A stretch of DNA of 34,515 nucleotides from a virus (Duplodnaviria > Caudoviricetes), in the IMG/VR virus record IMGVR_UViG_3300005512_000153, positions 1 to 34,515 of that record; one strand, 5' to 3'. A program made the position numbers and the translations under genes. Shown piece by piece: positions 1-8,835 of the stretch. Under the pieces are notes generated by a model. It was given only the letters and a program-made list of their open reading frames with translations, made no database searches and was not told the DNA's origin. Position 1 is the stretch's first letter, and the number at the start of each line of letters is the position of its first letter.

Positions 1-1
1 T

Positions 2-406
2 GAGTTATGGTGGAATATTGAGAATGATAGACTTGTAAATACTGGATCAAAAGTAGCAAATCTTGGAGTAAGAGCCACAAGAAGCACAAAACCAAGGGCT
101 GTATTGCTTATGAAGAAGCTTATTGAGGATTATTCACTAGAGTTGGTAGATGAAAACACTATAGCTCAATTGACATCCTTTATAGAGAAGGGTAATAAGT
201 TTTATGGTGAAAATATGCCAGATGATTTGGTATCTGGTCTATACTGGGCTTGTTATATATTAGAAATGGGTATACTTGATGAGTCATTTGAATTCAGTGA
301 TGATAAAAAGATGAAAGAAGATGATGGATGGGGTATATTGACTGATGCTGATATGAATATAGAAGATGATTGGTCTTGGATGAATAATAATACATTTTCA
401 AATTAA
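2..406 (+). CDS. gp17: Terminase large subunit, C-terminal nuclease domain (5'-partial)
   Basis: The frame is open from base 2 (ELWWNIENDRLVNTGSKVANLGVRATRSTKPRAVLLMKKLIED...). LGVRATRSTK, D..TIAQLTSF and DDLV match the T4 gp17-like RNase H-fold end. Confidence 0.85.
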   Translation, partial: ELWWNIENDRLVNTGSKVANLGVRATRSTKPRAVLLMKKLIEDYSLELVDENTIAQLTSFIEKGNKFYGENMPDDLVSGLYWACYILEMGILDESFEFSDDKKMKEDDGWGILTDADMNIEDDWSWMNNNTFSN

Positions 407-407
407 A

Positions 408-415
408 TATAAATA
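408..415 (+). promoter_or_regulatory. T4-type late promoter TATAAATA
   Basis: Exact TATAAATA in the intergenic gap after the terminase. A gp55 late sigma factor is encoded in this window. Confidence 0.6.
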
Positions 416-421
416 GTAATA

Positions 422-507
422 TGGGAGGACAGCATCGACGGATGTTGGCTAGGTGCCTCAATCACTTAACCTTACTCCTAACTAATAAACCTATTGAGGG
501 GGTTAGT
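422..507 (+). ncRNA. Structured 5' leader (three-way junction plus pseudoknot) upstream of the HNH endonuclease, copy 1
   Basis: P1 422-427/475-480, P2 431-436/441-446, P3 447-455/463-471. Loop CCTCAAT (456-462) is complementary to ATTGAGG (493-499). A homologous copy lies at 3249-3332. Confidence 0.65.
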
Positions 508-510
508 ATT

Positions 511-1548
511 ATGAAATTATGTTGGGATAATATTGAGAATATAAGACTTAGTAAATATGGTAATTTTAGGGATATTGTAAAGAATGTTACATATTATTTG
601 AAGGTATGTGAAGAGTGTGGGGATGAGTTTTTATCATTAATTCAAAGTATTGGTAAATTTTGTAGTACATCATGTGGAAAAGATGGTAGTAATAATCCAA
701 TGTATGGTAAATATCATACAGAAGAGACAAAAAGAAAATTGAGTGAAAATAAAAAAAATAGTTATAAAGATCCAAATAGTATATACAATACTGATGGATA
801 TAGAAATAAATTGAAAGGTAAAAAAAGATCAAACAAGTTTAAGAAGAATCAATCTGAGATTATTAAAAAATTATGGAAAGATCCAAATAGCAAGTATAAC
901 AGCATAGAATATAGAGAATCGTTGTCCGAAAGATTGAAAATTCAATGGATGGATGAAGATTTCAAAAATGAAATATCACAAAAAATATCTTTATCAAGAT
1001 CAGGATATGCATCAAAAGGCTTACCACTATATGATACATACGCACCACAAATAGAATGGTGTGAAGAGGTTAGACGGAATAAGAATGATCCCAATGTGTT
1101 AGAAGTTAGATGCTTCAAGTGTGATAAATGGTTTATTCCAAGTTTGGTAAATGCACATAATAGATCCCAATATATAAAGGGTAATTATAATAATGAAAAT
1201 AGATTCTATTGTTCTAACTCATGTAAGAACTCATGTTCTATATTCAATAAATCACCAGAACAGATTGAAAGAGAGGATGCAATACGAGCAGGTAGACTAC
1301 AATGGTTAGAACTTCAACGTGAAGTTCAACCAGAATTAAGGCAGATGGTTCTTGAGCGTGATGAATATGAGTGTGTTAAATGTGGTAGTACTAATAAATT
1401 ACAATGTCACCATATACAACCCGTAAGTATTGAACCACTACTAAGTGCAGATATAGACAATTGTATTACATTATGTTCAGACTGTCATAAAGAAACACAT
1501 CAACAAGATGGATGTAGATATGGACAATTAAGAATAGAGGAGTGTTAA
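511..1548 (+). CDS. Free-standing HNH homing endonuclease with NUMOD3-like and Zn-ribbon motifs
   Basis: NNPMYGKYHTEETKRKLSE is NUMOD3-like. The C-terminus has RDEYECVKCG...CHHI...NCITLCSDCH (HNH). ATG 511 follows a GAGGGGG SD, so it is preferred to 421. Confidence 0.88.
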   Translation: MKLCWDNIENIRLSKYGNFRDIVKNVTYYLKVCEECGDEFLSLIQSIGKFCSTSCGKDGSNNPMYGKYHTEETKRKLSENKKNSYKDPNSIYNTDGYRNKLKGKKRSNKFKKNQSEIIKKLWKDPNSKYNSIEYRESLSERLKIQWMDEDFKNEISQKISLSRSGYASKGLPLYDTYAPQIEWCEEVRRNKNDPNVLEVRCFKCDKWFIPSLVNAHNRSQYIKGNYNNENRFYCSNSCKNSCSIFNKSPEQIEREDAIRAGRLQWLELQREVQPELRQMVLERDEYECVKCGSTNKLQCHHIQPVSIEPLLSADIDNCITLCSDCHKETHQQDGCRYGQLRIEEC

Positions 1549-1550
1549 TT

Positions 1551-2402
1551 TTGACAACTAAGACACAACTAGCAGAGAAGATAAAGCGTAGATTGGGATA
1601 CCCTATGGTAAAAATTGAATTGGATTATTCTCAATTGACAGATTCAATAGATTACGCAAGAGATAAATGGATTAAGTGGAGTGCAGGAAACGCGACGTCT
1701 GAAGTTTTCTTCACGACACCATTATCTGCTGGTCAATATCTATATGATATGCCAACTGGATGTGTAGAAGTATTGTCATATGATGCTATGGGTATAAGTA
1801 GTGGTATCAATACACTATTTACAGTAGAGAATTATCTATATTCTAATGGAATGTTTGAATCTTTACTAAATACAAGTGCGGCTGGTTATTCACTTGTATC
1901 ATATCATGCTGCAAGAGACTTTCTTGATACATTGAAAAGATATACACCCGATGCATATAACTTTAAATATCATAGATATACTAACCAGTTAGAGATACAA
2001 CCACCACCCCCTTCTGGTGGTAGTTTAACATATACACCTAAGTACTTGAATGCACAAGGGGAAGAGGTGGTAGGGCAGGAAATCACAATAGATTCACCAG
2101 GATTTATGTTAATAAGGGCATATATGGTAGAAGGTTCGACACTTGACCCAGATTATGCTAACGGTGATACAGATCCACATTTTCTTACATCATCTTGGAT
2201 ATTTGATTATGCTACAGCATATGCTACTAGAGTCTTGGGGCTTGTAAGAAGAAAGTTTGGTCAATTTAGTTCATTAGGTAATCAAGGTATAAGTATGGAT
2301 GGTGATTCACTCATAAGTGAGGCTAATGACCAGATGGAAAGATTAATGGAGGATTTGTATCTAAGGGAAGTTTATGAGGGTTACGGCATCGAGATAGGTT
2401 GA
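1551..2402 (+). CDS. gp13: Neck protein (T4 gp13-like)
   Basis: RRLGYPMVKIELD..QL.DSID at the N-terminus and RRKF...GISMDGDSL..EA at the C-terminus. The TTG start at 1551 follows GAGGAG (the ORF track starts at 1542). Confidence 0.85.
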   Translation: MTTKTQLAEKIKRRLGYPMVKIELDYSQLTDSIDYARDKWIKWSAGNATSEVFFTTPLSAGQYLYDMPTGCVEVLSYDAMGISSGINTLFTVENYLYSNGMFESLLNTSAAGYSLVSYHAARDFLDTLKRYTPDAYNFKYHRYTNQLEIQPPPPSGGSLTYTPKYLNAQGEEVVGQEITIDSPGFMLIRAYMVEGSTLDPDYANGDTDPHFLTSSWIFDYATAYATRVLGLVRRKFGQFSSLGNQGISMDGDSLISEANDQMERLMEDLYLREVYEGYGIEIG

Positions 2403-2432
2403 TGCAAAACTAATACAGTAAAGGAGAGTAAA

Positions 2433-2576
2433 ATGGATAAGTTACAAAAAGTTTATGAAGAAATGTTGAATGAAAACAAGAAGAAAGTGGAGAAGGAAAA
2501 CCCAAGTATTCTTGATAAGATGAATGAAAGAATCTCAGTCTTAGAAGAGGAAATTAAGAAACTGAAAGGTGAATAA
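2433..2576 (+). CDS. Small charged coiled-coil hypothetical protein (47 aa)
   Basis: AAGGAG SD, then MDKLQKVYEEMLNENKKKVEKENPSILDKMNERISVLEEEIKKLKGE*. It fills the gap between gp13 and gp14. Confidence 0.65.
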   Translation: MDKLQKVYEEMLNENKKKVEKENPSILDKMNERISVLEEEIKKLKGE

Positions 2577-2578
2577 TA

Positions 2579-3205
2579 ATGGCCCATAATCGTCTTGAGA
2601 AACCAAAATGGGAATTATATAATATTAGTGATTCTAATATTGAACATGATCTGTTTGATAGTGCAATAGTAGAATATAATGACATTTCTGGTGCAAAGAT
2701 AAATTACTATATACGAAATGAAGATATAGAGATGGATCAACTGTATGGTGAAAGTACCAATACAGCATATCTTGATGCCAGAGAAAGCAAGATGGTATAT
2801 GATGTTACAGAAGAAACTACTATGACTGACCCATTTGGTATAGTTTCCATTGACCAGATACAATATGCATGGATGCCTAAATCTACATTCATAAGGGACA
2901 TCAGTGCAACATATCAACCAAAGCCTGGTGATGTTATACAGACCGTATGGAATCAGAAATCATATGAAATGGTTGATGTGCCAGCTGAAGGCAGTATATT
3001 TCAATTGAAGAAGATGGTATGGGAGTTCTTATTGAAACCATATAGATTCAGTGATCAATCATCTTCTGCTGAAGACATATCATATGATTTAGATAATACA
3101 TTATCAGAACCTTTGACTGCATTTGGTGAGAATCAGTGGATAGATGATGCTTCAGATGATATTGACGCATATTCAGATGTGGATTCATCAATTTATGGGT
3201 TCTGA
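2579..3205 (+). CDS. gp14: Neck/head-completion protein (T4 gp14-like)
   Basis: G.KINYY.R, D.LYGE, FGI and PKPGDVI motifs. Located after gp13. Confidence 0.8.
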   Translation: MAHNRLEKPKWELYNISDSNIEHDLFDSAIVEYNDISGAKINYYIRNEDIEMDQLYGESTNTAYLDARESKMVYDVTEETTMTDPFGIVSIDQIQYAWMPKSTFIRDISATYQPKPGDVIQTVWNQKSYEMVDVPAEGSIFQLKKMVWEFLLKPYRFSDQSSSAEDISYDLDNTLSEPLTAFGENQWIDDASDDIDAYSDVDSSIYGF

Positions 3206-3248
3206 GTGTAGATAAGGATTACATCAATATCTATAGATTTTGAGATAT

Positions 3249-3332
3249 GGAGGACAGAGGGTAGCTCCCTTGGTTGAATGCCTTCAACATTCAACCTTAC
3301 TCCTATAACAACAAACCTTTGAAGGGGGTAAG
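3249..3332 (+). ncRNA. Structured 5' leader (three-way junction plus pseudoknot) upstream of the GIY-YIG endonuclease, copy 2
   Basis: P1 3249-3252/3300-3303, P2 AGGG/CCCT 3258-3270, P3 a perfect 9 bp stem 3272-3280/3288-3296. Loop CCTTCAA (3281-3287) is complementary to TTGAAGG (3319-3325). Confidence 0.65.
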
Positions 3333-3334
3333 TA

Positions 3335-4063
3335 ATGATTATATATAAGGCTACAAACAAAATAAACGGTAAATGTTATATAGGACAAACTACAGGAAAA
3401 TTGAAAAATAGAAGAAAACAACATTTATATAAATCAAAAAACATGTCTAATTTTTATTTTCATAATGCACTAAGAACGTACGGTAAAGATAGTTTTGAAT
3501 GGGAAGTGTTATGTGAATGTGATACAAAGGATGAATTGAACGAGATGGAGTTTCACTATATAAAACAGTATGATACATATGAGAACGGATACAATATGAC
3601 ATTTGGTGGTGATGGTATAATTAGAATAAATATATCAGAAGACCACAAACAAAAGATATCAGATGCATTAAGAGGTGAAAATCATCCTATGTATGGTAAA
3701 CATTTATCAGAAGACCACAAACAAAAGATATCGAATGCATTAAAAGGTAAAAAGGTGAGTATATCAACTAGAAAGAAAATGAGTGAATCATCAATAGGTA
3801 AAAAGATGTCAGAAGAAGCCAAATTAAAATTAAGCCTAGCTGGAAAGGGTCGTGTTTCTCATATGAAAGGCAAAACTCACACAAAGGAAACAAGAAAAAT
3901 ATTATCCGAAAAATCAAAAGGCAATGAAAGCCACGCCAAAATTTGGTGTTTTCATCATAAAGGCAAAAACATTGAAATTAAAAATTTACAAAAGTTTTGT
4001 ATAGATAATAATTATAAATATTCTAAGATATATTATAGATTAAAGAATGGGATTTCAATATAA
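3335..4063 (+). CDS. Free-standing GIY-YIG homing endonuclease (Seg/I-TevI-like) with NUMOD3 repeats
   Basis: IIYKATNKINGKCYIGQT...R...H, E..YI and NGYN.T.GG. Repeated HLSEDHKQKIS / HTKETRKILS DNA-binding motifs. Confidence 0.92.
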   Translation: MIIYKATNKINGKCYIGQTTGKLKNRRKQHLYKSKNMSNFYFHNALRTYGKDSFEWEVLCECDTKDELNEMEFHYIKQYDTYENGYNMTFGGDGIIRINISEDHKQKISDALRGENHPMYGKHLSEDHKQKISNALKGKKVSISTRKKMSESSIGKKMSEEAKLKLSLAGKGRVSHMKGKTHTKETRKILSEKSKGNESHAKIWCFHHKGKNIEIKNLQKFCIDNNYKYSKIYYRLKNGISI

Positions 4064-5028
4064 TGGCAAAAACCTACTATTACTACTCATCAATAAGAAA
4101 AACTATCATACAGTTTTTGGATATTTTCAAGAACGTAAAAATCGCTAGACATGACTCTAATGGTGATGTTTCTGGATATATAAAGGTTCCCATAAAATTT
4201 GGTCTGAAAGAAAAATGTTGGTATTGGTTAAATGAGCGTAAAGATGATGAAATGTTGCCGATTATGTCCGTAGTAATGGATGGTGTTGAATATGACTCTC
4301 AAAGACAGACCAGTAAAGTAAGAAATGTTATAAAATCAAAAACAATCTCTACCGCAGAATTAAGCAGATTTCTTAATCCAGTTCCATATAATCTTAATTT
4401 TACTGTCACATTATGGTCATTGCATATGGTAGATGTTGATCAGATACTTGAACAAATTTTACCATACTTTTTACCAAACATCTTTATAAGAATGAATATA
4501 CCAGAGTTAGACTCTACATTAGATTTGAAGGTGATGTTTAATGGATGTTCACCAGAAGTAACAGATCAGATGTCAGATGAAGAGATAAGAATATTGAAAT
4601 GGAATCTAACATTTACGGTTCATAGTTATCTATTTCAACCATTACAAACCACCAGCCTTATTAGGAAGGTTATTGATAAGTTTTATGTTGATAAGGCATC
4701 TTGGGGTCATAGATTTACAGAATCAGAATATACATCTGGTGCAGATGGTCATGAATTAGAGTCTATATTCACTAAAGGTATATATCCATATTATGATGAA
4801 GATGATTGGGCTGCTAGTACATATTATGAAATTGGTGATTATGTTAAACCGACGACCACCAATGGATATTTGTATCAAGTTCAAAGCATAGAATTGCCTG
4901 GAAAATCAGGCACTACCGAACCAACATGGCCTACAAACAAAGGGGTTCCTGTTATTGATAATGATATAATATGGGAAAGGTATCAAAAAGATGAATCAAA
5001 AAGGTTAGTAGAATTTGAGGTATTTTAA
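4063..5028 (+). CDS. gp15: Tail sheath stabiliser/terminator (T4 gp15-like) with a C-terminal CBM-like extension
   Basis: YYY.SIRK.I..F, KVPI.FG.KEK, LP.MS, YDSQR, PVPYNL.F and QILEQILPYF.P motifs. Confidence 0.9.
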   Translation: MAKTYYYYSSIRKTIIQFLDIFKNVKIARHDSNGDVSGYIKVPIKFGLKEKCWYWLNERKDDEMLPIMSVVMDGVEYDSQRQTSKVRNVIKSKTISTAELSRFLNPVPYNLNFTVTLWSLHMVDVDQILEQILPYFLPNIFIRMNIPELDSTLDLKVMFNGCSPEVTDQMSDEEIRILKWNLTFTVHSYLFQPLQTTSLIRKVIDKFYVDKASWGHRFTESEYTSGADGHELESIFTKGIYPYYDEDDWAASTYYEIGDYVKPTTTNGYLYQVQSIELPGKSGTTEPTWPTNKGVPVIDNDIIWERYQKDESKRLVEFEVF

Positions 5029-5031
5029 AAA

Positions 5032-5547
5032 TTGGACACACAACTAAACAAAGCATCCCCCTTTTCGTTTGAACTGGTATTTCCTGTAATACCAACACAG
5101 AGAGACTTGAGGACTAATGAAGAGTTTACTTTAAATATATATGAGACTGTAGTGCCAGGGGTATCTTTGGATATTACGGAAAATAGATGGCAAGGTGGAA
5201 AAACTAATATGGCTAGTGGTGAATTGACGTTTGAACCTTGGAATGTAAATTTTTCAATAGACTCTGAATTCTTAAACTGGAAATTAATGTTTGAGTGGTT
5301 CATGTTTATCAACAATAATAAAGATAAATATATAGATACTCGAAAGAATTATGCTGTAGATGCTACATTGAAGTTTTTTAGTAACTTTAGAGAACATAGA
5401 TTCTCATTGTTTTTTGTTGATGTATGGCCTAACAGTATGGGAGAAATCCAACTTACATACAGAGAAGGGGAACCAAACTTAGAAGGACAAGTATCTTTCG
5501 TATATGATAGATATGAACTACGAGAATACTCATCAATAACAACATAA
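5032..5547 (+). CDS. gp3: Tail completion protein (T4 gp3-like, tail-tube fold)
   Basis: PGVSL, LTFEP..V.F.IDSEF.NW..MFEW, DATL and F.DVWP.S.GEI motifs. TTG start. Confidence 0.75.
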   Translation: MDTQLNKASPFSFELVFPVIPTQRDLRTNEEFTLNIYETVVPGVSLDITENRWQGGKTNMASGELTFEPWNVNFSIDSEFLNWKLMFEWFMFINNNKDKYIDTRKNYAVDATLKFFSNFREHRFSLFFVDVWPNSMGEIQLTYREGEPNLEGQVSFVYDRYELREYSSITT

Positions 5548-5561
5548 AAATATGATAAATA

Positions 5562-5569
5562 TATAAATA
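5562..5569 (+). promoter_or_regulatory. T4-type late promoter TATAAATA
   Basis: Exact consensus in the intergenic region upstream of the tail sheath gene. Confidence 0.55.
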
Positions 5570-5786
5570 GATATGAAAAGAAAATAGGAAAACGATATAA
5601 TAATAAGTGTCAAAATCCTTATTGTAATCATATTCAGAAAGAATATGTATTCATCATATAGACTATGATAAGAAAAATTGTAGGCCTAGTAATTTGATAA
5701 CATTGTGTTTTTCATGTAATGCTAGAGCTAATTTTAATAGAGATTCATGGAAAGTATTATATGAGGATATAATAGAAAATAGATAG
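5570..5786 (+). pseudogene. Frameshifted HNH endonuclease remnant
   Basis: One frame reads KRYNNKCQNPYC. After a shift near 5640 it reads RICIHHIDYDKKNCRPSNLITLCFSCNARANFNRDSW...ENR*. There is no start codon or N-terminal domain. Confidence 0.8.
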
Positions 5787-5806
5787 ATAAATGGAGGAAT
5801 AAAATT

Positions 5807-7603
5807 ATGGCTTTCTACCTTAGCCCATTAGTCGATGTAAATGAAATTGACTTAACAACTACTGTTCCAGCTGTTGCTACATCAATAGCATGTTGTGTAT
5901 TAAGACGCACATTCAAAGGACCAGAAAAGAAGAGAACTTTGGTAACAAATATTGATGAGCTTACCACAATGTTTGGTTATCCAACAGATAATAGTTATAA
6001 AGATATGTTATCTGCTACAGGATATCTAAAATATGGTAATAAATTATGGTGTACACGAACCATGCCAGTAGATGCAAAATTTGCTGGGTGTTTTGGACCA
6101 GCTACATCAGCATCAACACTTACTGGATACGGAACATCAGCATATCAATTGAATGATTTTAGCAGCGAAGATCCAGATGTGATTCAGGATGAATCATTAT
6201 TTTCTACAGCACCATTGAGTGCTGATAGTGATAATGCTATTACATTTATTGCATCATCAAGAGGAGCATGGGGTAATAAGATTAAAGTTGCTGTTATTGA
6301 TGGGACCACATATTCAGCAGTAACATCTGCTGCTGCGGGTAACCCATCCACAGAGTATTCTAGTACTAATGTTAATTTAGAGCTTTATAGGGATATTGTA
6401 GATCTTGATTATCCAGTTGAATCAGCAAGAGAGTTTATTGTTCTAGTAAGAGCTGCTGACCAGGATGATTTTAATAAAGCTACTATTCCATATACTTTGA
6501 AAGAGGTATTTTATGTATCATCTGATGAAAATAAACTAGATGATGAAGGTGATAACATCTATTGTGAAAATGTTATCAACACAAAATCAAAATACATAAG
6601 AATAGCAGTAGATCCAGCAAACTTTAAGAACAGTGATATTACTATCAATACTGGACAATATTATGCTATGACAGGTGGTACTGATTCGTCATTTGCTGAT
6701 AATGATGCTGAAGATACAGCAGGTATTGCTGCATTTGAATTATATGAAGATCCAGATGTCATTGATGTTAATATCTTTATTGATTCAGATAGCAATGTCA
6801 CAGTAAAGAGAGAGATAATTGATATTTGTGAAACTAGAAAAGATGCAATGGCTGTCCTTGATGTTCTCAAGGCTGATGTTGTTAATAATGATGGTAATGA
6901 GGTTACTGACCTTAGAGACTATAGACTATCAACTCTAAATGAAAATACAAGTTATGCCTCTCTTTATGGTAATTGGCTTGATGTGTTTGATACATGGAAT
7001 TCAAAATATCGTTGGATTCCGGCATCCGGTCATATGGCAGGCATTTATGCAAGAACAGATGATTTAGCTGATCCATGGTTCGCTCCTGCTGGTCTAAATA
7101 GAAGTATTCTTACTAACATAAGAAAACTTGCATTTAACCCAACTTTGGGTGAAAGAGACATTCTTTATAAGAATGGTATCAATCCTATTGCAGCGTTTGC
7201 TGGTCAGGGCAAGGTAGTTTGGGGTCAAAAAACAATGTTGGATAAATCTTCAGCATTTAATAGAATCAATGTAAGAAGATTGTTTATGGTAATGGAAAAA
7301 GCAATCTCTACAGCTTCCAAATACTTCTTGTTTGAACCTAATGATGAGTTTACAAGATTGTCAATTATCAATATGGTCGAACCTTTCCTTAGAGATGTTA
7401 GAGGGAGAAGGGGTATTTATGACTTCATGGTTGTATGTGATGAAAGAAACAATACAGCTGAACGTATTGATAGACAAGAACTTTGGGTTGATATTTATAT
7501 CAAACCTGTTAGAGCTGCTGAGTTTATTGTACTTAACTTTGTTGCTACCAAAACAGGAGCTTCATTTACTGAATTGGTTGCTCAAACAACATCAGGACTG
7601 TAA
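5807..7603 (+). CDS. gp18: Contractile tail sheath protein
   Basis: LSP.V.V.EIDLT, PWFAPAGLNR, RD.LYKNGINPI, WGQKT, FNRINVRRLF, FEPNDEFTR and IKP.RA.EFI.LNF motifs. GGAGG SD. Confidence 0.96.
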   Translation: MAFYLSPLVDVNEIDLTTTVPAVATSIACCVLRRTFKGPEKKRTLVTNIDELTTMFGYPTDNSYKDMLSATGYLKYGNKLWCTRTMPVDAKFAGCFGPATSASTLTGYGTSAYQLNDFSSEDPDVIQDESLFSTAPLSADSDNAITFIASSRGAWGNKIKVAVIDGTTYSAVTSAAAGNPSTEYSSTNVNLELYRDIVDLDYPVESAREFIVLVRAADQDDFNKATIPYTLKEVFYVSSDENKLDDEGDNIYCENVINTKSKYIRIAVDPANFKNSDITINTGQYYAMTGGTDSSFADNDAEDTAGIAAFELYEDPDVIDVNIFIDSDSNVTVKREIIDICETRKDAMAVLDVLKADVVNNDGNEVTDLRDYRLSTLNENTSYASLYGNWLDVFDTWNSKYRWIPASGHMAGIYARTDDLADPWFAPAGLNRSILTNIRKLAFNPTLGERDILYKNGINPIAAFAGQGKVVWGQKTMLDKSSAFNRINVRRLFMVMEKAISTASKYFLFEPNDEFTRLSIINMVEPFLRDVRGRRGIYDFMVVCDERNNTAERIDRQELWVDIYIKPVRAAEFIVLNFVATKTGASFTELVAQTTSGL

Positions 7604-7604
7604 A

Positions 7605-7638
7605 ATATTGTGGGGGTAGTAAAATACCCCCACAATAT
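7605..7638 (+). terminator. Perfect 14-bp hairpin between the sheath and tube genes (terminator or mRNA-stabilising/processing stem)
   Basis: ATATTGTGGGGGTA-gtaaaa-TACCCCCACAATAT. There is no U-tract on the + strand. Confidence 0.55.
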
Positions 7639-7651
7639 AAAGTGATAAGAA

Positions 7652-8203
7652 ATGAGCATTGATATAGATGAAATGATAAGTGAAACTGGTGGTGATAGAG
7701 CCAGGTCATATCTGTTTGAATGGATATTACCAGCTATACCAGAATTAAATATACCACTTATAGCAAATACAAAATATTATGTGAAAGCATCTAGTTTTCC
7801 AGAATCAGCTGTAGAAGAACTTACAACTTATTGGCAAGGGCAACAATATAAAGCTGGTGGATCAAGAAGATTTGGTGATTGGACAGTTACAGTCCAGAGT
7901 GATTCAGAGGGATATCTGAGATTTTTTTGTGATGTATGGATGCATGAAATACATACTGTTATACCTAATTTTACAAGATATGGAAAAGCATCTGGGCTTA
8001 CAAGTTTTGGGTATTTTAGAGATCAAGCATTTGTTCTGAATGATAATGAAGGAGACACTTCACTTGGGCTATATTTACATAACTCTTGGCCTAAAAATAT
8101 AGGAGCCATGAACCTTGATTATGATTCAAATGATATTGCTACATTTGATATTACATTTGCTTATGAATATCATGTAATAGTACCAACTTTTGGTTTGTTT
8201 TAA
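7652..8203 (+). CDS. Tail tube family protein (gp19-like), paralogue 1
   Basis: ARSYLF, VKASSFP, G.R.F.DWTVT, WPKNIG...LDYDS and FDITFAYEY motifs. Confidence 0.85.
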   Translation: MSIDIDEMISETGGDRARSYLFEWILPAIPELNIPLIANTKYYVKASSFPESAVEELTTYWQGQQYKAGGSRRFGDWTVTVQSDSEGYLRFFCDVWMHEIHTVIPNFTRYGKASGLTSFGYFRDQAFVLNDNEGDTSLGLYLHNSWPKNIGAMNLDYDSNDIATFDITFAYEYHVIVPTFGLF

Positions 8204-8214
8204 AAGGGATTATT

Positions 8215-8817
8215 ATGATTGGAATAGAAGAACTAAAGGGAAAGATAGAGGGTCTTATAAAACAGTATGCACCATTTATCACAAGTAGTTTTGATTCCTT
8301 TAGTGTTGATAAGTTTAGTACATATTTTGAAGGTGGGGCTAGAGCATATCTTTTCAAATGGAAGCCTGGAAGCCCAACAAGTGGTATAGTAAATATATCA
8401 GATGATTATATATATCTAGTAAAAGCATCATCCATACCACAATCGTCAGTTGAGGAAATAGTTACAGAATATCAACATCTCAATTTCAAAATGGGTGGTA
8501 AAAGGGTTTTTGATGATTGGACATTATCGTTTCTTGTAGATATAAAATCAAAAATAAGAGGTGATTTTGAGAAGTGGATGAATGGTATAACACAAGTGGG
8601 TAAGGATAATATTTTTATACAACATTATCTAAGTGAGTATACATCGACACAAGACTTTTATATGTTAGATGGTGATGGATTGGATATACTTCATGTAACA
8701 CTTTTTGATGCATGGCCTAAAACTATAGGGCCAGTAACAATGGATTATAGTTCCCAAGATTTTGCACAATTTGATGTAACATTTTCATATCTTTATCACG
8801 AAATAAAGAATGTTTAA
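8215..8817 (+). CDS. Tail tube family protein (gp19-like), paralogue 2
   Basis: GGARAYLF, GGKRVFDDWT, FEKWMN, DAWPK.IG and FDVTFSY motifs. Confidence 0.85.
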   Translation: MIGIEELKGKIEGLIKQYAPFITSSFDSFSVDKFSTYFEGGARAYLFKWKPGSPTSGIVNISDDYIYLVKASSIPQSSVEEIVTEYQHLNFKMGGKRVFDDWTLSFLVDIKSKIRGDFEKWMNGITQVGKDNIFIQHYLSEYTSTQDFYMLDGDGLDILHVTLFDAWPKTIGPVTMDYSSQDFAQFDVTFSYLYHEIKNV

Positions 8818-8835
8818 TAGATAGGAGGAGTAATA

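Noticed and set aside
421-510. N-terminal extension of the HNH ORF from ATG 421
   Set aside because: It has no SD and overlaps the conserved RNA leader. ATG 511 has a strong SD and mirrors the arrangement at 3335.
3206-4063. Possible group I intron housing the GIY-YIG (or HNH) endonuclease
   Set aside because: The flanking genes (gp17, gp13, gp14, gp15) appear complete, and the non-coding flanks are too short for an intron core, so the endonucleases look free-standing.
7332-7619. Alternative-frame + strand ORF inside the sheath gene
   Set aside because: It overlaps the highly conserved gp18 C-terminus, has a TTG start with no SD, and contains no motifs.
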